Below are positions 13,260 to 27,630 of a DNA stretch of 64,000 nt, in pieces. Position 1 is the stretch's first letter, and every line of letters begins with the position of its first letter. Location: assembly GCF_009914755.1 (NCBI RefSeq), contig NC_060932.1. One strand, 5' to 3'. The position numbers and the translations under genes are program-made. The DNA is from the human T2T-CHM13v2.0 reference genome, Homo sapiens. Under the pieces are notes generated by a model. It searched no databases. It was given only the letters and a program-made list of their open reading frames with translations, and was not told where the DNA came from.

Positions 13260-13420
13260 TTATATGTAAGCTTATGTGTGTATACATCATATATATAAAT
13301 AAGAAATATATAAGTATATAAGAAACAGAAATATTTCTTTCTATATAATATATACATAAATATATATAAGAAATATATAAAGAAGTATATTTCTATATAT
13401 ATAAGAAATACATAAAATGC
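13260..13420. repeat. AT-rich (TA)n-like low-complexity tract
   Basis: Degenerate ATATATAAGAA runs. Confidence 0.75.
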
Positions 13421-13828
13421 AATAAAATCTACAATACCTTTTCTAAAAATCAAAGCTTATTCACTACTATTTTGAAAGATGATTGATACAGTACTTCTCT
13501 TCGGATATAACTCACAATTTTTGCTGTAAGGAATGTACACTGCATTATGAGAAATGAACACATGACTTTTAAGTTAACATAAAATCGGAGGATGAATGCC
13601 CCCATAAGAGGGGCCTTCCCTAAGCACAAGAGTGATGCGGGTTCATCACCGTTTCCCTCTGTGCCAGGGGACACACCCTGCCAGCGGCGCGCATAAGGGC
13701 AGCTTCGGGGAGACTGGAGTCTCAGGGTCCCTGGGCTCACACCAACCTCCTGCTCTTGACAAGCTCCTTCCCATCCACTTCCTTAAGCCCAAGAGGAGCT
13801 TTGTTAAGTCACATCACTGCAATTGGTT

Positions 13829-13962
13829 CATTTAAGTTCTGCCATACATGTGCAGGATGTGCAGGTTTGTTCCATAGGTAAATGTGTACCATGGGGGTTG
13901 GCTGCACCTGTGAACCCATCACCTAGGTATTAAGCCCCGCATGCGTTAGCTATTTTTCCTAA
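13829..13962 (-). mobile_element. Short L1PA 3'-UTR fragment
   Basis: CATGTGCAGGATGTGCAGGTTTGTT...CCATCACCTAGGTATTAAGCCCCGCATGC matches an L1 3' end in reverse and resembles 3050-3180. Confidence 0.85.
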
Positions 13963-16900
13963 AACCTATTTTCCCCAGTTATTAAAATAACTATTTTAGC
14001 TATTTTAACATTAGCTTACATTTCCTTTAATTTTAAAATTTTACTATTTTAACATTTTGAGAATATGTTATTATATCCCATTTTTCATTAACACTTTAGT
14101 ACAACTAAACCCATAATGATTCTTTAGTGAAGTTTTTGTGGTTGTTTCCTTTTTGATTCCTCTACCCTAACAGAACATTCACTAACCCCATATTTTCTTA
14201 ATTTTCTTTATGCTTATGTACATAAGCATATCTGGACACATGTTTTACATGTGTCTAAACACCCAATCCTATAAAATTATGAAAGAAAAGAAAAAACAAT
14301 ATCTTAATGTTTGCATGCAATACACAAATTATTAGACAAAGCAGGGAAACAGTATGTGAATCATCCTGAAACGATGTGAGACCTGGTAAATCTAACTGGT
14401 CCCTCACTGAACTGGCTCAACTCTTAGGCATAGTGACACATAGTTTAGAATAGGGGACAAAGTTTCCAAGAAAGCTCCTCTAGGGAAATATGGGCCTCCA
14501 GGAGAGTAGGAAAATGTGATTCTCAAAATAAACCTGAAGATGCTTGTTTTCATTCCTTCTTATGACATCTTCAACTGTATAAATTATTTCATCCAGAAAG
14601 ATACTACTACTAATAAAAGGGATACCTTCTTTTATTTATTTTTTAATCTTATATGCAAAGATAGTGTTACTGGGTTGAGTATAATGAATTTTCTTTAGTC
14701 TCCTAAATCTGAGTTTTCTAATTGATCACAAGCACTGCAGGGCTGGATAGAGCTGCATCCTGTGAAGGGTTGAACCTGAGAATAAGCAGGCTACCCAGGG
14801 TGAGGTGGATGTTGTAGAAATCTGTGTCTAATTCCGCCTCACAGTAGCACGGATTTACCTGGGGCTCTGTTTCAAAATGTGGGATGGGGTCTCTGTTTTG
14901 TGCCATTAACTAAGTGCTGCACCAGGGTCACACTCAATGAGTCCTCCAGATTACACACTTGAGAATCTTAGGAAGTAGTTAGGAAAAGAATGCAAAGACA
15001 ACAGCACATTTATGTGAGATACAACAGCCTACAACTCTTGTGAGAATATTTTAAAAAGCACACACAGTAAGAATCAGACCATATTGCAGTAAACAGCAAG
15101 AATCCCTGGCAATTTTGTTCAGCTGCTTTTTTTTAACTTGAGGTTTTTGAGTTTTATGCCATTGTTTCCTGAAGCTTCACCATCTTTATGAGTCTGTCCT
15201 CTTTGAAATATTGTTTTTTCCTGTTTTAATAACATGCATATAAATTCTGTGTACTAGATTGAATCTTAGTTCTGAAATAAAACAAAACAAAACAAAACAA
15301 AATGGAATAATAGAAAACTAAAGCAGGCAGACAGCTAGGGATGATCCAGGCACTTCTAATCAACATGACATGCCAATGATGGTCCATTAACCTCCTCCTC
15401 CATCCCCTGCTTCATCAGATATATTTGAAAAAGCAGTTTTTAAAATTAAGTTTGTTTCTATTTTTCTAGGAAAAGGCAAGAAGTTTAAAAAACAAAGGCT
15501 ACATTAATCCTGAAGAGTTTAAAATGCATCAACGAATTTGTTTAAGCTGTGCAACAGACATGGTATCTAGTGGACCAGAGACAGTATCTGGGATACAGAG
15601 AATGATGAATAAATATGAGGTGTTTTTAATTTCTTCTTCTCTTCCTTGGGATAAATTAGAAGAAAGTGGAACCTACATACAAAAAAAGCTTTTCATACTT
15701 AAAAGCCCACTCTTTTGAGTTCAGTTAATCTCTCATTCTGCAAGAACAAGTTTTGTGTCCAATGCACAGATGCCACGGCAGATTGGGTGAGTCTTCCTAG
15801 CTAGCAAACTCCTCTGGTCGTCTGCATAGTTATCTACTTAAAGACACGAATAATTGTATTGATGGTGTCTAGCACATCATTTGGGATATAGTAGGTGCTC
15901 AACAAATGTGGCATTGCATGGCCTAGAAGGCTCTAGGGGGATGGATACAGAATGTTCTGATACACCTAAGACGTGAAGACATAATTATGCTGTCCCCCTG
16001 TGTGGAGGTAACTGGGACAACATTTGTGGACATTCATTCTCAATGGTTCCTTCAGTCATGCAATTTATTTTCTGTCACACAAGGAAGAGAAAAGAGTTTG
16101 ATTAAAGCTGTTGAATCTTTCCTTAAGTCCTTGCAGCTGCATGAGCAAGAGGCTGACACTAATATCTGTCTTCCCATCGCCATTCCGGTCCTCATAGTTT
16201 CTTGTAGATGTGCGGATTTCATGTATTCCTCTGAGAACTGAATGAGTTAACGTGATTGTTTCAGCCATATTTAGCACAGTGTGCAATAAATATTTCATGT
16301 ATAGCAAAGCCTCCTGGTGCTAGAGACAGTGGGACAAGATTTCATTCAGCTCCGGTTGACACATTTCAGGGTATCCCCTAAACCCATCCCCCATTTTCCA
16401 TAGCCCCTGACTTTACAAGTGAGCCTCTCTCTACGAACCCATTATTATATAATAATCCTATATAGACTATACGATCGACTTGCTAATTTTCAAGCTGACC
16501 AGACCACCCACATTATCGGCGAAAGCAGGAGGTTTTGAGCAAGAAACTAGGGACACCTCTGTGAGCGATTCCATTCCTCCTCCCTCCTAAATAAGACACA
16601 ATAGAAGCCTGCTTTCTGGGGAGAGTGAGAACAAAGTAACTTTGAGGATTTTGTTATGAATGTAAGATGCTCTCTACCCTGGAAGAGCGAGAAGCGATGA
16701 TAATCCCCATGTATTTGTTCAGAAGTATTCACCTACAGCACATGGGCCCAGAGCTATGCAAGGTATTGAGCAAATGAGATAGTTTGAAACTTCGCATCTG
16801 TTAGCTGAGCTTATTGGTCAGAGGCATCATCCCAGGGAAGCGCAGAACTGCTCTGGTCTTTCTTCATTCACCGCCTTTCCCACATTTCAATGTGATCTTT

Positions 16901-18036
16901 TCCCTTCAGTTGTAGATTGCTTTCCATAGGGTATATTAGCAATAGGAATTGACTGCTGCTGCAGATACACCAATTCAGATAAACTTGGGCTCATATCTTT
17001 TGGCAGCAAAGCCTTATACAATATACATCATCTAAAAGGTGATTTTCTTATTGTCTTGTCCTTCAACAGGCCAATTATTTCTAGGGTGTGTCATTAAGGG
17101 TATTTATTACTTTATGTAGAAACTACATTAAGACACTCAATGTTCTTCCACTTAAAATCGCAATGCTAAAATACTTCTTAATACACATGGCACTCTGATA
17201 AATTTAGAGCTTTTAGGTTATATACATTATTTAAATTTCTGTAACAGGGTAAGGACTAAAACACACTAAATATACATCTACGAATGAAACTGTCACTGTT
17301 GGAGATTTTTTTGGCAATGCAATCAATGAGTTAAATGGAAATAATAAAAAGTACAAAAGTTTATATTCATCAAAATGAAACCAGAATCATTTTCTAAAAG
17401 GCCAGATATGGCCTTATCCTAAGACTTTTGAAAAATCTCAGAGAAGAGAAAACATTTCTTTAAAAAACAACCTGGAATTTGAATTTTTTTAACAACAGAC
17501 GTGGTTCAAAATTGCCATTTCCTTATGAGCAAACATTTTTGAAAGTAAAACTTGTTAATTAATTGATTAATGAAACATACCCTTTTTAAAAAAAAGCAAA
17601 AATGCGAGTGAATATGAGTCACTGAAGTATTCAAACGTTGTGAAAGTAATAGATGTTCAGAAAAGAGTATTCCTGTGTTTAAATACATAAATAGCATTTG
17701 GTCTATGGCTGTATTTCCCATCTGAGAACTGCAGTAGTCATGGACAGTCACAGAGGGAAAATGGGGCTGTTTTTAATAAATTCCACCTATTACAAAGAAG
17801 CAGTGGGTACAAAAGTCACAGGAAATTTCGTTTAAGAAGGTGACTACACAGCGAAAACCTGACGTTATTTCCTACTCTACTGTCAAGTACAGATGCTTAA
17901 AAATATGTTAAATCAGTATAAACATAACAGATTTAAATATTCCATATGAGAAACAACCAGCTTCTTAAAATTTTAGTGTGTATGTATAGCAATTCTTTCA
18001 ATATTTATCTTAATTACATTCACATGATTTAAAAGA

Positions 18037-18170
18037 AACACATGCATGAATAGTACATATGCATGCACACACAGACACATGCACACACATGAACAGACAT
18101 GCACACACATGAACACACACATGCACACATACATACACACATGCACACACACATGCACACATGCCACACT
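18037..18170. repeat. (CA)n / (ACACATGCAC)n degenerate microsatellite
   Basis: Repeated ACACATGCAC units. Confidence 0.9.
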
Positions 18171-18328
18171 CATTGCTGGGAGGTAGAGGAGTAGGGAAAT
18201 GGGGACTGCTTATGGGCTTAGCGTTTTGTTTTGGGGTGATGAAACATCTGGGAACTAGACAGAGGTGATGGTTGCACAACATGGTCATGGCGAAAGCGCC
18301 CCTGAACTGCACACTTTAGAACGGTTAA

Positions 18329-18656
<328 letters not shown>

Positions 18657-18682
18657 AACTAGGTCTAGTTTTATGCCATCTG

Positions 18683-18962
18683 ATTTTCTTTTGAGATGGG
18701 GTCTTGCTCTGTTGCCCAGGCTGGAAGTGCCGTGTCTTGGCTCACTGTAGCCTTGACCTCCCAGGCTCAAGGGATCCTCCCTTCTCAGCCTCCTAGGTAG
18801 GTGGAACTACGGGCATGTACCTACCATCGCAGCTGGCTAATTTTTGTAGAGACTGAGTTTTACTATGCTGCCCAGGCTGGTCTCAAACTCCTGGACTCAA
18901 GTGATCTCCCTGCCTCAGCCTCCCAAAGTGCTGGGACTAAAAGCATGAGTCACTATGCCTGG
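18683..18962 (-). mobile_element. AluJ SINE
   Basis: J-type CACTGTAGCCTTGACCTCCCAGGCTCAAG and TTTTTGTAGAGAC segments. Confidence 0.92.
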
Positions 18963-19816
18963 ATGAATTTTATCTCAAGAATAAAATAAACACTGAAAGA
19001 AAGGATTGTCCAATATCATGTGTTGGAGCTTCATCCAGTACTTGTGAATCCCAAAGCAGATTTTTTTTACTCATTAAAAACTGCTTCCCTTTATATACAC
19101 TTATGTGAAATTTTACGTGCGTTTTAAAACTAAGAACAATGTATAAAGGCCACTTCTAGTTAGTGAAGTCCTTTTAAATTGGAGACACTTTTCCAAAATT
19201 TGAAGCAACAAATGGGTGTGGATTGCCTGTCTGGGTTTTCTAAATCATCCCCCTTGTTGAAGGTAAGGTTATATTTTCCTCCTTCAATGCATTTATTGCC
19301 AATATCCTGTAAACTGCAGCAGAGGGGGCTACTGTCTGCCCCTGTCCGGCATCACTTTCCTGATCCTATTACAAAAGAGGAGTGTCAGGGCACTGAGGCA
19401 GAGGCAAAGCACAGCCCAACTCTCAGCGTCTCCCAGATGCCAACTGGATCTACTTTAAAAATATTTTTTAGGAAGTCGGCTTCCAATTATTTGAGAAGGA
19501 TCCATCTTTTTTTCATCAAAAGCAAGAATAAAGCTGAATTTTCATTAAAATGAAGGAAGCACTCAAAGGTCTCCCGGGACGTATAGATCTAATCCTCTAG
19601 TGTAAAATACAAAGGGAAGCTCTTGGTTTTGTTTCTAATGTTTTAAAAGACGAGCGTGGCTAAAGTTTTAGGACGTAGACTGAGTGCCACAATGAAGACA
19701 GCTCCCGTCTCGGCCCTTATGACTTCAATCTGGCCTGGAGTTACTCCCCTGCATTGAAGAAAGCAGACAAGGCTCGTGATGTTATCGTCAACGGTTGTTC
19801 TGAAAGTAAGAAAACA

Positions 19817-20154
<338 letters not shown>

Positions 20155-20814
20155 TCAAACAACCAAAGAAGTAGCCTAAGTAGTTGACCTCGTGTGTACT
20201 GATTGCTGATGGTCAATTTGGGTCATTCTACGAGACATACAATTAAAGGGAATTGATGGATGAGCATTTTCAGAGTAACATTGCCTTGCAGTGGGTGGAT
20301 TCTTTCCCCACACACAGAAGTGTGCACCTGCTGTTGTTGCTGCTGTGGTGAGGACGCAGGTGCTGATGTCATGCGGACAACTCAGCCGGGGCAGTGGAAA
20401 GTTCCCAAAATGAGCACCAGTTCCCCACACGCCATCGTGCCCACTCACGTGATACCACTGCCATGTTTTACAGAGGAAAACGGATGCTTTTTGACTAAAA
20501 GACTAAAACTTTTATGAAAAACAACTCATATGTGGTAAATGTAGAAATTAAAGCCATCAATGTTTTATCTTTATATGGAAAGTGAGTATAGCTACATAGA
20601 AACACACAGTAAAGTTTTTATAGGATCAATTAATTAAAAAATCTAATTCAGAAAATTATTTATAGACATCTTTATCATTCAATTTTTAATTTTTTTATTT
20701 TGGGTTAGAAACATAGAAGCCCTTCCTGATAATGTTCCTTTGTAATTTAATAAATTACCATATTAAAACCAATATCTCTTGAATATCCATAGGTTAAAAA
20801 AAGAATAGTGAAAC

Positions 20815-22062
20815 TCTATTTAAATCTCAGACTTTATACAAAAATTAACACAAAATGGATCACAGACTTTAAAATATATCAAATGCAAAGTGATAGACAA
20901 AATAGAGGAACACTTCAAGATCTAGGTCTTGGCAGAGTTCTTAGACTTGACATCAATACCATGACCCAGAAAAAGAAAAGACGATGAATTTAAAACTTGT
21001 GCTGCTCAAAGGACCCTGTGAAGAGGATGAAAGTCAAACGAGAGACTGGGAAAAATTCTGCGAATCATATACCTGACAAATGACTATTACACAGAATAAA
21101 GAACTCTTGAAACTCAGTCTTAAAAAGCAAACAAAAAAATCCAAACAATTCCATTAGGATGTGAGCAAAAGGCATGAACAGACATTTCACTGAAGAGTAC
21201 AGATGGGAATAATCACCAGATAAGGTACTCACGTCGTTAGCCATCAGGAAATTGCAAGTGAACACCACAGAAAGCTATCACCACACATCTATCAAGAAAG
21301 CTAAAATAAGACAGAGTGACCGCACCGAATGCTGGACAGGATGTAGAGAAACTTCATCGCCCACACATGTTGGGTAGGGATGACAAATAGTACCGCCATG
21401 CTGGAAAAATGCTTGGCAGTTTCTTATAAGACTAAACTTGCAAATACCGTATGTGCCAGTACCATTTACACTCTTGGGCATTTTTCCCAGAAAAATGAAA
21501 ACTTATAACCACACAAAATCGTGTTCATAACAGCTCGTAGCAGCATTGTTTGTGACAGCAAAGTCTGGAATCAACCCAGACGTCCTTCAATGGGTAAATG
21601 GTGAAAAAAACTGTTACATCTGTACCATGAAATGCTACTCCACAGGAAAAAGGGACTGAATTATTGACACAGGCCACAACTTGGATGAATCTCCGGAAAA
21701 TTATGTTGAATAAAAAAGGCCCATCTCAGAAGGCTGCACACCACATGATTTCATTCATTTATATAACATTCTTGAAGGGAGAAGGTCAGAGAAGTGGAGA
21801 CCAGGTTAATGGATACCAGGAATTAAGAATGAGGTTGGGATGCGTGGGTGTGTTTATAAGCGGAGTAAGGCGGATTCTAGTGATAATGGACATTCTCCAT
21901 CTTGACCACATCAATGTCCATATGCTGGTTGGTCTAATACCCTCTAAGTTTGCAAGATTCTACCACTGGGTGAGAGTGGGTAGGGGACAAAAAGGACCTC
22001 TCTGTATTATACCTAGTGCCTGCCTGGGAATCTACAGTTATCTCAAAATGAAACATTTTATT
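20815..22062 (+). mobile_element. Old L1M (L1MC/MD-like) 3' ORF2 remnant and 3' UTR
   Basis: TTATACAAAAATTAACACAAAATGGATCACAGAC, ATGAACAGACATTTCAC, CAACCCAGACGTCCTTCAATGGGTAAATGG, ending CTCTCTGTATTAT...GAATCTACAGTTATCTCAAAAT. Confidence 0.8.
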
Positions 22063-23941
22063 ATGAATGTATTTACTCATTCAACAGAGAAAAGGAGGAC
22101 TTTAATGGGAAAAAAGAGAGAGAATTGATGACATTTTATCCTAACAAAAAAATAACATACTGAACATATGACATATTTTACATATTCCATATAAACACGT
22201 AATTTAGTAATTTACCATGTTAAAACATAATGTTAACATATTTGAGCTGAAATATTTTTTAAAATGAGAGACTACACATTAGATCAGCTTCTTATCAGGA
22301 TAATCACCCACAAGACCTCCAATGTTAGATTTTCACTGAGATAATGCTGTTATTAAGTAAAGAAATGAAGCATATTGCTAATGCACGCACACACGATTGT
22401 GAGGAGCTGAGGGCAGGGTGAGGCATGTTTGACTCTGGAAGTATCAGGCCTGTGCAGTAAACTCAGCTCTGCTCCGTATGGAGTCCTGCGGCCTCCACAA
22501 AGAGTCACCGCTAGCTCTCTTGAGCTCCAGAGCATATTTTGCTAGGCCCTGCTCCATACTTCCTAAAACACCACTGCACAGTTGTCAGTCATAAGAGTTC
22601 AACTGCCAAAAAGATTGAATTATGCTAGAATGAGAACACAGCAGTGTTTTGCATCTCCTCTTATTTCTCGTGATTGTGAAACTAAAGTGAAAGAGATCAT
22701 TTCAACCCTAATTCTGCACATCAGATATTTCCCATGTAATTATTAAAGGAAAAAACAAACACAAATACAATGAAAGAAGAAGAAAAGTTGTAGTTCAGGT
22801 GAAATCAGTAACCATGTTCCTCTCTCTGTTTTTATTTTTGGAGGGAGACCATGTTTGGATACAATGAAAGCTGTGATTGAAGCAAGCTCACCCCTGTGCA
22901 CCTGGGGCTGACCAATGTCCCTGGGCTTCTTAAGCTGGGGTGGTTCCCTCCTCTGGTCAGGGGCTGGGGCTCGGCGGAGGCAGGGGCACTGGCTTCACCC
23001 CCTCACTCTGGTTTCCTTTGCATTCTGCACTGTGGTTAGTTGAGTGAACTGGGTTTCATCAGTGTGTTGGTCAAAACCCAAGCATTCTGATCCTGACAGT
23101 GACTAGTATTTTAGGGGGAAACAGAGGTAGGAGTCTTTACTTAGCCTTTGAGCTTACGCCAAGACCTCCAATTTAGACCTGAGCCAGAACTCTGCAGCTG
23201 AGTAGCCAACTTCTATACAACTTCTAATCATTTTTTAAATGACTTGGGTTCCCACTCTGCTATCAGCTTATTTGAAGATAGCTCCCGTGGGAGCCCTAGG
23301 ATAAGAGAGGTTCTTGTCAGAGAAAGAGACATTGATAAGTTCCTGGCTTCAATTTCATCTTAATACCATAAAAAATACTTGCCCTTCACACTAAAGTACA
23401 ATACACCACCAATAAGAGTGATGTTGTAATGGAAAGTAATTGAAATGAAATCTTAAACATCATGAGCTCAAACATCTAGAAATGCAAAAAAGAACACAAT
23501 TTTCTTGGAAACTCAGATTTAGCAGAGGTCTCTGTGACTACGTTTAAAGAAATGAATCAAAAAATAAATAATTGAAAATTTAAAACAGTAAGAACTTCGT
23601 AAAGACAGTCATAAAATTAGAAGCATAATGGCCCCCAAATGCTAACTATACAGGGTAGAAATAAATGTGTAAATACATGAATAAAAAGAGAAATAGAAGA
23701 TGAGTTATCTTTAAGGGAGATAATTCTAGATTTTCGTAATTGAACATCTGGCCACGAGACAGGAAAAAGCCATGGAGAGCTTTGTGCTTACTCTCAGAAA
23801 TGCTTTCACACCTGAATGGTGAGAGTTTGCAGAACTCTTTATGCATTACCCTTGATTCATGGAGACAGGCTCTTGATGGTGTTACTGGGCAGCCTAGAAC
23901 ACTCTCAGAGCAAAGGGCTCATTCCTGGATGCTGTTCCTAC

Positions 23942-24115
23942 CTCGACACGTGGGCAGAGGGCTACTCCACTGGCCGTTGCTCCGACACTGGGCTCGAGAC
24001 ACGCCCTGCAGCAAATAGCCCGTGTTGCAGGTGAAATTCACGACATCATTCAGGTTGAACTCACTGCCATTAGTGAATCCGTGGGCAGGGTTTCCAGGGT
24101 GACCACATGTGATGG
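23942..24115 (-). CDS. CSMD1: CSMD1 coding exon, Sushi/CCP domain
   Basis: gtctctctacag|CC ATC ACA TGT...ACG TGT CGA G|gtagga; 174 nt; PITCGHPGNPAHGFTNGSEFNLNDVVNFTCNTGYLLQGVSRAQCRSNGQWSSPLPTCR. Confidence 0.96.
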
Positions 24116-24872
24116 CTGTAGAGAGACAGGTCAACGTCATTGTTAAATATTGAACAGGTCATCACTTTCCCTTGGGATTATTAATAAGAAACATGCAGGC
24201 ATGCTAACGGTATGGACTGAAGGTTTTCCACTAACCAGGCAGCTTACAGATGGTATTTATATTCAGAAGGGAATATTGGGAGCTACAACCACAGGCTGAC
24301 ACTACAGGCTTTTAATATAATTGTGGAAAATAACAAACACCTGCCAAACACGCTTTCTTTACCATCATAATTATTATTTCTCTCTTGAATCATGACAGAA
24401 TACCAAATGATTTAAAAACGAAGCAGTGAAAAACAAGAGATGCTAAAAATTCTTGTATTAATCATGAGTTTTGAACATTTTCTCCATACACACCAGCTGA
24501 CTCTGTGAAACCCTCCTTTTGAGACAGTATGGGATTTGTCTGATACTTTTTAATGTCCATGTATAAATTATTGCAATATCAATTTACACATCATGAAATT
24601 AGCAAAATAACTAAGCACACTCAGCTCCTATTTTTGTTGAGAATCTCTGTCATATGATCCTTTGAAATGCAGTGAACTGTCAATATGTCATGCCCCAGAT
24701 AACAGCAAGACAGATCAGGGAGAGATATCCATCATTCACCCTTTCAACAGAAACACACTACAGTCATAAAACTGGTGTTTTCTTCCTCATTTATCTTGTC
24801 AACAATTTTTTTCCTATAAGTAAAGCTTTTACCCGTGAACTTTGTACATTTTTCACATCACTATTACAGATA

Positions 24873-25030
24873 ATCTTTGTCACTGTTTTATCCACATTTC
24901 TTTTGTCTACTTCATAGGAAAATATACAATATTTCTAAAAACAATTGGTTTAAGGGAAATTGGGCAATAAAGTGAGAGTACATTGTTCGAAAAATAGTCA
25001 ATATTTACAATATTTATCGCTGAAGTTATA
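24873..25030 (+). repeat. Copy 1 of a diverged ~160-bp local direct repeat
   Basis: Collinear shared blocks with 27468-27630, including the exact 18-mer GCAATAAAGTGAGAGTAC. Confidence 0.85.
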
Positions 25031-25074
25031 CAGCTCAAGGTTGATCATTCATTACATGTAATTTTACCTCTTTC

Positions 25075-25385
25075 TTTTTTTTCCCTTTTTTTTTTTTTTT
25101 TTTTGAGATAGAGTCTTGGTCTGTCACCCAGGCTGGGGTGCAGCGGCACGATCTCTGCTCACTGCAACCTCCATCTCCAGGGTTCAAGCAATTCTCCTGC
25201 TTCAGCCCCTCCTAGTAGCTGGGATTACAGATGTATGCCACCATGCCAGGCTAATTATTGTATTTTTAGTAGAAATGGGGTTTTGCCATCGGCCAGGCTC
25301 GTCTTGAACTCCTGACCTCAGGTGATCCACCTGCCTCAGCCTCCCAAAGTGCTGGGATTACAGGCGTGAGCCACCACGCCTGGCC
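25075..25385 (-). mobile_element. AluS SINE
   Basis: Full dimer; perfect 15-bp TSD AATTTTACCTCTTTC at 25060-25074 and 25386-25400. Confidence 0.95.
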
Positions 25386-25671
25386 AATTTTACCTCTTTC
25401 AAGTAAAAGAAAGAATGCTTACAAAACTCCCTATATTCTTGACGAAGCAATGACAAAAATGTATGCAACACGGATGAGGCAGGGAGTGCCGCTGTTTCTA
25501 GGACTGCAAAGCTGCCCAGCAGACCCAGACTCTGCACCTCCACCCTCCTACTATCAGCTTTTCTCTCCACCCAGTTTATCCTGTGATAAAATCAAGGAGG
25601 AGGAATCCATGACACCACTTGGCCAGGGATCCATTTACAATGAATTGATAAGCAAATTAAATGTGGAGTCA

Positions 25672-26106
<435 letters not shown>

Positions 26107-26911
26107 TTATAAAAGTAGTACATTCACAACTTTTATTATCAAGTCAATAACAGTATTGAAGGCGCAACATATTGAAATCTTTATCATTACATATATATGT
26201 ATACTTTTAAATATAGTTTTTCTTTTTTTTATTATTTTTTTTCAGAAATCCTGGAAAAAATAAGTAATATTTCTAATATGAAATGGTTTGTATTTTCCTA
26301 GTTGTGATTTTCCCATCTATCCATTTCACTTATTTTGCTTACCTGTATTCAGTTATTTACCTTGTTATACTATTTTCAAAACAAAGCAAAAAGTAAAGAA
26401 GGAATTCTTGGAATTAACATGAACAGGGCTTCTTAACCTATTGATTATGGGTAGTAAGGAGATCGGTGAGGGGGGCTTCCAGTCAGATAGACTAGATAAT
26501 CAAATTACCTGTGAAATTCCAAATGGAAAGACAGGGATCAGAGAATAAGTTCAATTTCAATTATGAAAATCTGAGTTATGGGTGAGCTGATGTCTGAGTA
26601 AAAATGGCCTGGAATCAGTTGAAAAGAGAAGTCTAGAGTTCCAGGGACAGATGTGCTGAAGTTAGCGTGGACTTGGGACAACAGGAGCATGCACAGCTGA
26701 CAGCTGAAACTAAAGGTGGCAGGGCTTACTCAGGTGCACAGTGAAAGAACAGGAAGGAGCGCGAGATCGGGACAGGCGTCTTTACTTAAGGGGAGACAGA
26801 ATGTCCATGTAGATAGTAAAACAATTGACAAACATGGCATTGAAAGAGCTTTAGTAACAGAGCTTCCACATGGAGACAGACCCTCTGACATTATTCCACT
26901 CACTCCCACCA

Positions 26912-27222
26912 TTTTTTTTCTTTTTTTTTTTGGCAGGGTCTTGCTCTGTCACTCAAGCTGGAATGCAGTGGCACCATCACGGCTCACCGTAGCCTCAATC
27001 CCTTGGGCTCAAGTCATCTTTTGGCCTCAGCCTCCTGAGGAGATGGGACTACGCCACCATGGTACATGCTGCCATGCCTGAGTAATTTTTTTATTATTAT
27101 TATTTTTAGTAGAGATGGGGTCTCATTATGTTGTTCAGGCTGGTCTTCAACTCCTGAGCTTAAGCAATCCTCCTGCCTTGGCCTCCCAAAGTGCTGGGAT
27201 GACAGGTGTGAGCCACCACAAC
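26912..27222 (-). mobile_element. AluJ SINE
   Basis: J-type CACGGCTCACCGTAGCCTCAATCCCTTGGGCTCAAG segment in reverse. Confidence 0.92.
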
Positions 27223-27467
27223 ATTTTGTTACCTTCTCTTCCATCTCCCTCTTCTGCCTCTTTACTGCTCTCACTTTTCCTTCTTTCCTTTCCTCCAACT
27301 TCTCCTTTTCTCTCTCTCCCTTCCTCGCATATATGGAAAGGGTATTCTTATTAAATTAACAAAATATACAGGCTGAAGAGTAACTTACATGAATTGGACC
27401 TGTGTTACACATGGGTTTTGGAGTCACAAGAAGAGGAAAAACATTCACCATGAGTTCCTAAATAATC

Positions 27468-27630
27468 ATCTTTGTCACTCTCCTATAGTTGCATCAACAT
27501 TTCTTTTTGCTTAATTCACAGGAAAATAAAGAATATATTAGAAAAACAATTGCTTTAAGAGGAATTTTGCAATAAAGTGAGAGTACCCGTATTCTAAAAA
27601 TAATAATCAATATTTATCTTTGAAGTTATA
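27468..27630 (+). repeat. Copy 2 of the diverged ~160-bp local direct repeat
   Basis: Collinear with 24873-25030. Confidence 0.85.
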